The notes under the pieces: model-generated
The model's database searches: none
Seen by the model: the letters and a program-made list of their open reading frames with translations, nothing else
What the model was told of the DNA's origin: nothing
Shown here: piece by piece, positions 60,430 through 64,000 of the stretch
How the letters are laid out: each line of letters opens with the position of its first letter
Position numbering within the stretch: the stretch's first letter is position 1
Source: Halorutilales archaeon Cl-col2-1
GTDB lineage: Archaea > Halobacteriota > Halobacteria > Halobacteriales > Afararchaeaceae
Direction of reading: 5' to 3'
Assembly (NCBI GenBank): GCA_041891055.1
Contig: CP169074.1
Location: 864,001-928,000 of the forward strand
Length of the DNA stretch: 64,000 nt
Translations under genes and position numbers: made by a program

Positions 60430-61278
60430 ATGGGAATGGAATCCGGGAACGTATTCGACGGTCTCAGGTACCTTCTCAGGCTGTCACGTCCTCGTTTCTG
60501 GCTCTATCTCGCGGGTCCCGCGGTTCTCGGTGCCGTCTTAGGTGCAAACTCGGTAGACGACCTCCTCAGTCCGACGCCGGCTTTCCTCGTCCTTTACTTC
60601 CTGATACCCGCGAACGTGATGCTCTACGGTGTCAACGACTACTTCGACAGGGAGATAGACGAGGAGAACCCGAAGAAAGAAGCCAAGGAGTCGGTATACA
60701 GACGGTCGAGATGGGTCGACACAGTCGTAGGTGTGTCACTCCTGATTATGGTAGGTCTCACGGTGGCTCTCGGATCTCCCTCTATGGCAGCCTTCGTCTT
60801 CCTGAGCGTGGGTTACAGCGCACCGCCTCTGAGGTTCAAGACGAAGCCTTTCCTCGACTCGTTGTCGAACGGTCTCTACATACTCCCGTTCGTCGTGAGC
60901 CACGTCGCCGTGTCGGGGGAGTATCCCCCTGCTCTGACCGTCGCCGGGGGATGGCTCTGGACTATGGCTATGCATACCTTCTCGGCGATACCCGACATAC
61001 AGCCCGACAGACGTGCGGGTATACGGACGACTGCGACGTTTCTCGGGAGACGCCGAACCTACGTCTACTGTACGGCTGTCTGGCTTCTGTCGGCTGTAAC
61101 CGTCGGCGTCTGGAACTCGCGTCTCGGAGGAGTGATCCTCGTCTACCCCGTCCTGTCGGCTCTCTTCTACGTCTCGAACCTCACCGACTCGGAGGCATAC
61201 TGGTACTATCCTTACATAAACAGCCTCGTGGGAATGGTTTTAACCCTCGCTGGTCTACTCCGACTACCCGATGTATAG
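60430..61278 (+). CDS. lyeJ: Lycopene elongase (UbiA prenyltransferase)
   Basis: SRPRFWLYLAGP, YGVNDYFD, YSAPPLRFK, SAIPDI..D. Confidence 0.9.
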   Translation: MGMESGNVFDGLRYLLRLSRPRFWLYLAGPAVLGAVLGANSVDDLLSPTPAFLVLYFLIPANVMLYGVNDYFDREIDEENPKKEAKESVYRRSRWVDTVVGVSLLIMVGLTVALGSPSMAAFVFLSVGYSAPPLRFKTKPFLDSLSNGLYILPFVVSHVAVSGEYPPALTVAGGWLWTMAMHTFSAIPDIQPDRRAGIRTTATFLGRRRTYVYCTAVWLLSAVTVGVWNSRLGGVILVYPVLSALFYVSNLTDSEAYWYYPYINSLVGMVLTLAGLLRLPDV

Positions 61279-62071
61279 GCTCGAAGAGGTAGTCTCGGAG
61301 AACAGGTTCGTCATCTCGGTCGTGTTTCCCGTGATGGGAGCCTTAGCCTTCGTGGGATCGGCTGAGGGACTTCTTCCCGAAGTACTCCGGTTCAATCCCT
61401 TGGTGATACTTCTCGGGACTCTCGTGATGAGGCTTCCCCTCGTCTCGGGTTTAGAGCCCCTCGTCGACAGGAAGGCAGTAGGTGGTCTCGGGGCACTCAC
61501 GGTATATACCTACGCCATAGAGTTCGTGGGTCTAAGAACCGGGTTCCCGTACGGAAGCTTCGAGTACGTCGTGAGTCTGGGTCCCGTATTAGGAGGGCTC
61601 CCCGTGGCTCTGCCAGTCTTCTTCATACCTCTCGTCTTGAACGCGTATCTGGTCAGTCTCCTCTTAGGTCTGAGGCGCCGCGCCAGACTCGTAGCCACGG
61701 TAGCCCTCGTCGTCGCCATCGACGGAGTCCTTGACCCCGCGGCTGTCTCACTCGGTGTCTGGAAGTACTCCGAGGGCGTATTCTACGGTGTTCCTCTATC
61801 GAACTACGCCGGATGGCTCCTGAGCGGCTCGGTCGCGGCTCTTCTGATAGAGACGTCTCTCGACACAGACGGCGTACGTCGGAGGCTCTCAGAGACCGAC
61901 TTCATGCTAGACGACTTCGTTAGCTTCCAGATACTCTGGGGATCTGTCAACGTCTACTACTCGAACTGGATACCCGTAGCTCTCGTAGGAATCAATCTCG
62001 TAATACTCCACAGAGTCGGATTCGACTTCGCGTTCCTGAGAGAGACGTCTCTCAGAGATTACTGTCTCTGA
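61271..62071 (+). CDS. cruF: Bisanhydrobacterioruberin hydratase
   Basis: ENRFVISVVFP, EFVGLRTGFPYG.F.Y, DPAAV, GVPLSNYAGW. Confidence 0.9.
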   Translation: MYRLEEVVSENRFVISVVFPVMGALAFVGSAEGLLPEVLRFNPLVILLGTLVMRLPLVSGLEPLVDRKAVGGLGALTVYTYAIEFVGLRTGFPYGSFEYVVSLGPVLGGLPVALPVFFIPLVLNAYLVSLLLGLRRRARLVATVALVVAIDGVLDPAAVSLGVWKYSEGVFYGVPLSNYAGWLLSGSVAALLIETSLDTDGVRRRLSETDFMLDDFVSFQILWGSVNVYYSNWIPVALVGINLVILHRVGFDFAFLRETSLRDYCL

Positions 62072-62238
62072 TGCGAATACGGAAAGGATTAGGGGGAATT
62101 GGGGGATCAAGTAGCCCTGTGCCACTTGGTACATCCATACGTAGATTCCCACGTCTAATAAACTTATCGATTACCACACCTGGCGAGTGGTGGTAGTTCC
62201 AACAGAAGTTGGTTATACGATGAGTTCGACTGAGAGGT

Positions 62239-62910
62239 ATGGAGCTAGAGAGATTCGTCGAGTCGAACTCGACAACTGAGACCGAGGATGAGTTCGAGCT
62301 TGAGAACAAGAGAACACTCGACATAGAAGTAGACGGGAGTGTGATGACGAAAGCCGGAGCTATGGTCGCATACGAAGGTGACCTGTCGTTCACGGGGAAG
62401 TCGTCAGCCGAGGGAGGAATAACGGGTTTCCTGAAGGAGGCAGCCACGGGTGAGGGGACGCCGGTGATGAAGGTCGAGGGACAGGGTCACGTCTACGTCG
62501 CAGACCAGGGAAAGAAGATACAGATACTGTCTCTCGACACTGACGAGGCAATCTCAGTAAACGGAAACGACGTCCTCGCGTTCGAGGACTCGGTCGAGTA
62601 CGAGATAGGAACTATCGGAAGTGTAGGCGGCGCGTCGGCGGCGGGTCTCACGAACGTCTACCTCTCGGGACCGGGAACCGTAGCCATAACTACACACGGC
62701 GAGCCTCTGGTTCTGACGCCGCCGGTGAACACCGACCCCGACGCGACCGTTGCATGGAGCGATAACCTGTCCCCGAGCATAGACACCGACAGGAGCCTGA
62801 GCGACGCGGTCGGACAGTCGTCGGGTGAGACCTACCAGATGGCTTTCGAGGGAGACTCGGGCTTCGTCGTCGTTCAGCCCTTCGAGGAGACACCACACAG
62901 GACTCAGTAG
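62239..62910 (+). CDS. AIM24 family protein
   Basis: KAGAMVAYEG, G.G.VYVAD, TDPDATVAW, GFVVVQP. Confidence 0.9.
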   Translation: MELERFVESNSTTETEDEFELENKRTLDIEVDGSVMTKAGAMVAYEGDLSFTGKSSAEGGITGFLKEAATGEGTPVMKVEGQGHVYVADQGKKIQILSLDTDEAISVNGNDVLAFEDSVEYEIGTIGSVGGASAAGLTNVYLSGPGTVAITTHGEPLVLTPPVNTDPDATVAWSDNLSPSIDTDRSLSDAVGQSSGETYQMAFEGDSGFVVVQPFEETPHRTQ

Positions 62911-62922
62911 ACAGTAGACCGG

Positions 62923-62936
62923 CGAAAAGTTTATTA
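62923..62936 (+). promoter_or_regulatory. Archaeal BRE-TATA promoter with no downstream ORF
   Basis: CGAAAAGTTTATTA; predicted TSS ~62958-62962. Confidence 0.65.
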
Positions 62937-62957
62937 TCTTCCATTATGTATAGTATT

Positions 62958-63370
62958 CCGCTTCGAGGGAGCACACTGGACGGCCCTCTGTGACCGTCTC
63001 CTAGACTTCGAGTCGGGAGTCAGTCGCACGGTCTAAGGGTCGAAAACCGAACCGTCCGTAGAAGGGCGACGAGGAGATAAGATCCTATGGAGAAGCGCAG
63101 AATCCCTGCAGACGTAAAAAGGTGAAAGTCCTTAAGGGAGGGCGAAACTCCCTCCTACGTGTGCGGTTCCGCCGGGGACGAGAACACAAGTCCGTTAAGA
63201 TCGGTCTATGTGTTCTCCCTCCGGAGGGACACGTTAAGACCAAGTAATGGACGACGCGCGAAGCGGCGTTCGTGAAACCGGCGAAAGCCGGATATGGTCG
63301 TAGAGGGATTCGGAAAACGGCTCCAGTCCGGGTTCAAGCCTCGTAGTGTCGGTTCGTATTTACAGGTAAT
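62958..63370 (+). ncRNA. Large structured non-coding RNA candidate, class unknown
   Basis: Long-range helices 62984-62997/63294-63307 and 62975-62980/63322-63327; many internal hairpins; no + strand ORF. Confidence 0.7.
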
Positions 63371-64000
63371 ACAGCAGAATGCCCCCGTCTTTAGGCGTAT
63401 GCAAATCGCTACGTGATTTGCTTGCTCAGAGATCTCCGATTTCTGAACGGGGGATGAATGCGTCAACTCCTTAGCCTACCGCGCTACGTAGACCACTTGG
63501 ATATTCATTGTTTTTATATGCTCTACAACCAAATACAATTGTAATGGTCACGACGACGGTGACGGTAAAGTTCCACCAACCCACCCGCGAACGTAGACGT
63601 GAATGGCAGAGAGCCATGCGCCTCTACCGCGACACTAAGCAGTACGTTATAGACGGGTGGGAGGACGACGACTTCGGTATGTCCGTCACTACGTCGGAGA
63701 TAGACAACGAACTCTACGCCGCCATACAGAACCAAGCGATACGTGAGGCTAAGAGTGACTACAAACGCGACGGCATCGTGGAGTACCACCAAAGCCAACC
63801 TTTCGCCGTCAACAACCAGAATTGGGAGGTTGACACTACCGACAACGGCAACGTCGTCCTCGGATTCCCCTGTATAACCGGATGGTGGTACACTCCCGTA
63901 GAAGTCTACGACGAGGTAGATGAAGCCGTACAGAAGCTCGTGGACGGTGAAGGTAACAAGTCACGCCTCCAAGTCTACCGTCGTGGTTCTGAGTGGTACG
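63371..64000 (+). mobile_element. Second IS1341-type element (partial)
   Basis: Left end ACAGCAGAATGCCCCCG..CGGGGGATGAATGCG, similar to the 50859 element, followed by tnpB. Confidence 0.8.
63544..64000 (+). CDS. tnpB: TnpB N-terminal part (partial, runs off window)
   Basis: Translated by hand: [63 protein letters not shown]; RuvC motifs lie outside the window. Confidence 0.8.
   Translation, partial: MVTTTVTVKFHQPTRERRREWQRAMRLYRDTKQYVIDGWEDDDFGMSVTTSEIDNELYAAIQNQAIREAKSDYKRDGIVEYHQSQPFAVNNQNWEVDTTDNGNVVLGFPCITGWWYTPVEVYDEVDEAVQKLVDGEGNKSRLQVYRRGSEWY

Noticed and set aside
63115-63135. GAAAGTCC resembling RNase P RNA CR-I
   Set aside because: Context is GGTGAAAGTCC closing a local hairpin, not GAGGAAAGTCC, and there is no complementary CR-V (ACAGAA..GGCTTA) at the 3' end.
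63020-63310. Group II or group I intron interpretation of the large RNA
   Set aside because: One module resembles group IIC domain I and GATATGGTC resembles the group I S element, but no domain V, no ordered P-Q-R-S core and no interrupted host gene could be found.
63206-63466. 86-aa minus-strand ORF over the ncRNA/IS end
   Set aside because: Basic composition unlike this acidic proteome, and it spans an IS junction; likely spurious.

Overview
64 kb of a halophilic archaeon: acidic proteome, leaderless genes, Tat lipoproteins, bacterioruberin genes and a doublet histone. A Methanomicrobia-like long TyrA suggests a deep-branching Halobacteria lineage such as Halorutilales (inference). Most of the window is housekeeping: rnz, thiDN, tyrA, gpmI, ppsA, icd, RPA, tfb, rpl15e, aglJ, hemA, RFC, fumC, GGPP synthase, tRNA-Arg(TCT) and crtB/crtD/lyeJ/cruF. 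Accessory parts are a 9 kb sulfur/thiol-redox island (two YeeE-TusA pairs, CcdA, redoxin, lipoproteins), an iron/DyP/SCO cluster, a decayed IS6 composite and two IS1341-type TnpB elements. Two signals are not explained by the gene annotation. (1) A ~410-nt ORF-free, highly structured RNA candidate at ~62958-63370, with its own BRE/TATA promoter, long-range closing helices, GNRA loops and repeated T-loop modules; it does not look like RNase P, SRP or an intron. (2) A family of ~47-60 bp double-hairpin micro-insertions (mostly CG|TT...ACG), seen only inside mobile-element DNA, which has built a tandem and nested array of 7 units inside one IS1341 left end. Family assignments come from motif recognition by eye; no searches or folding programs were run.
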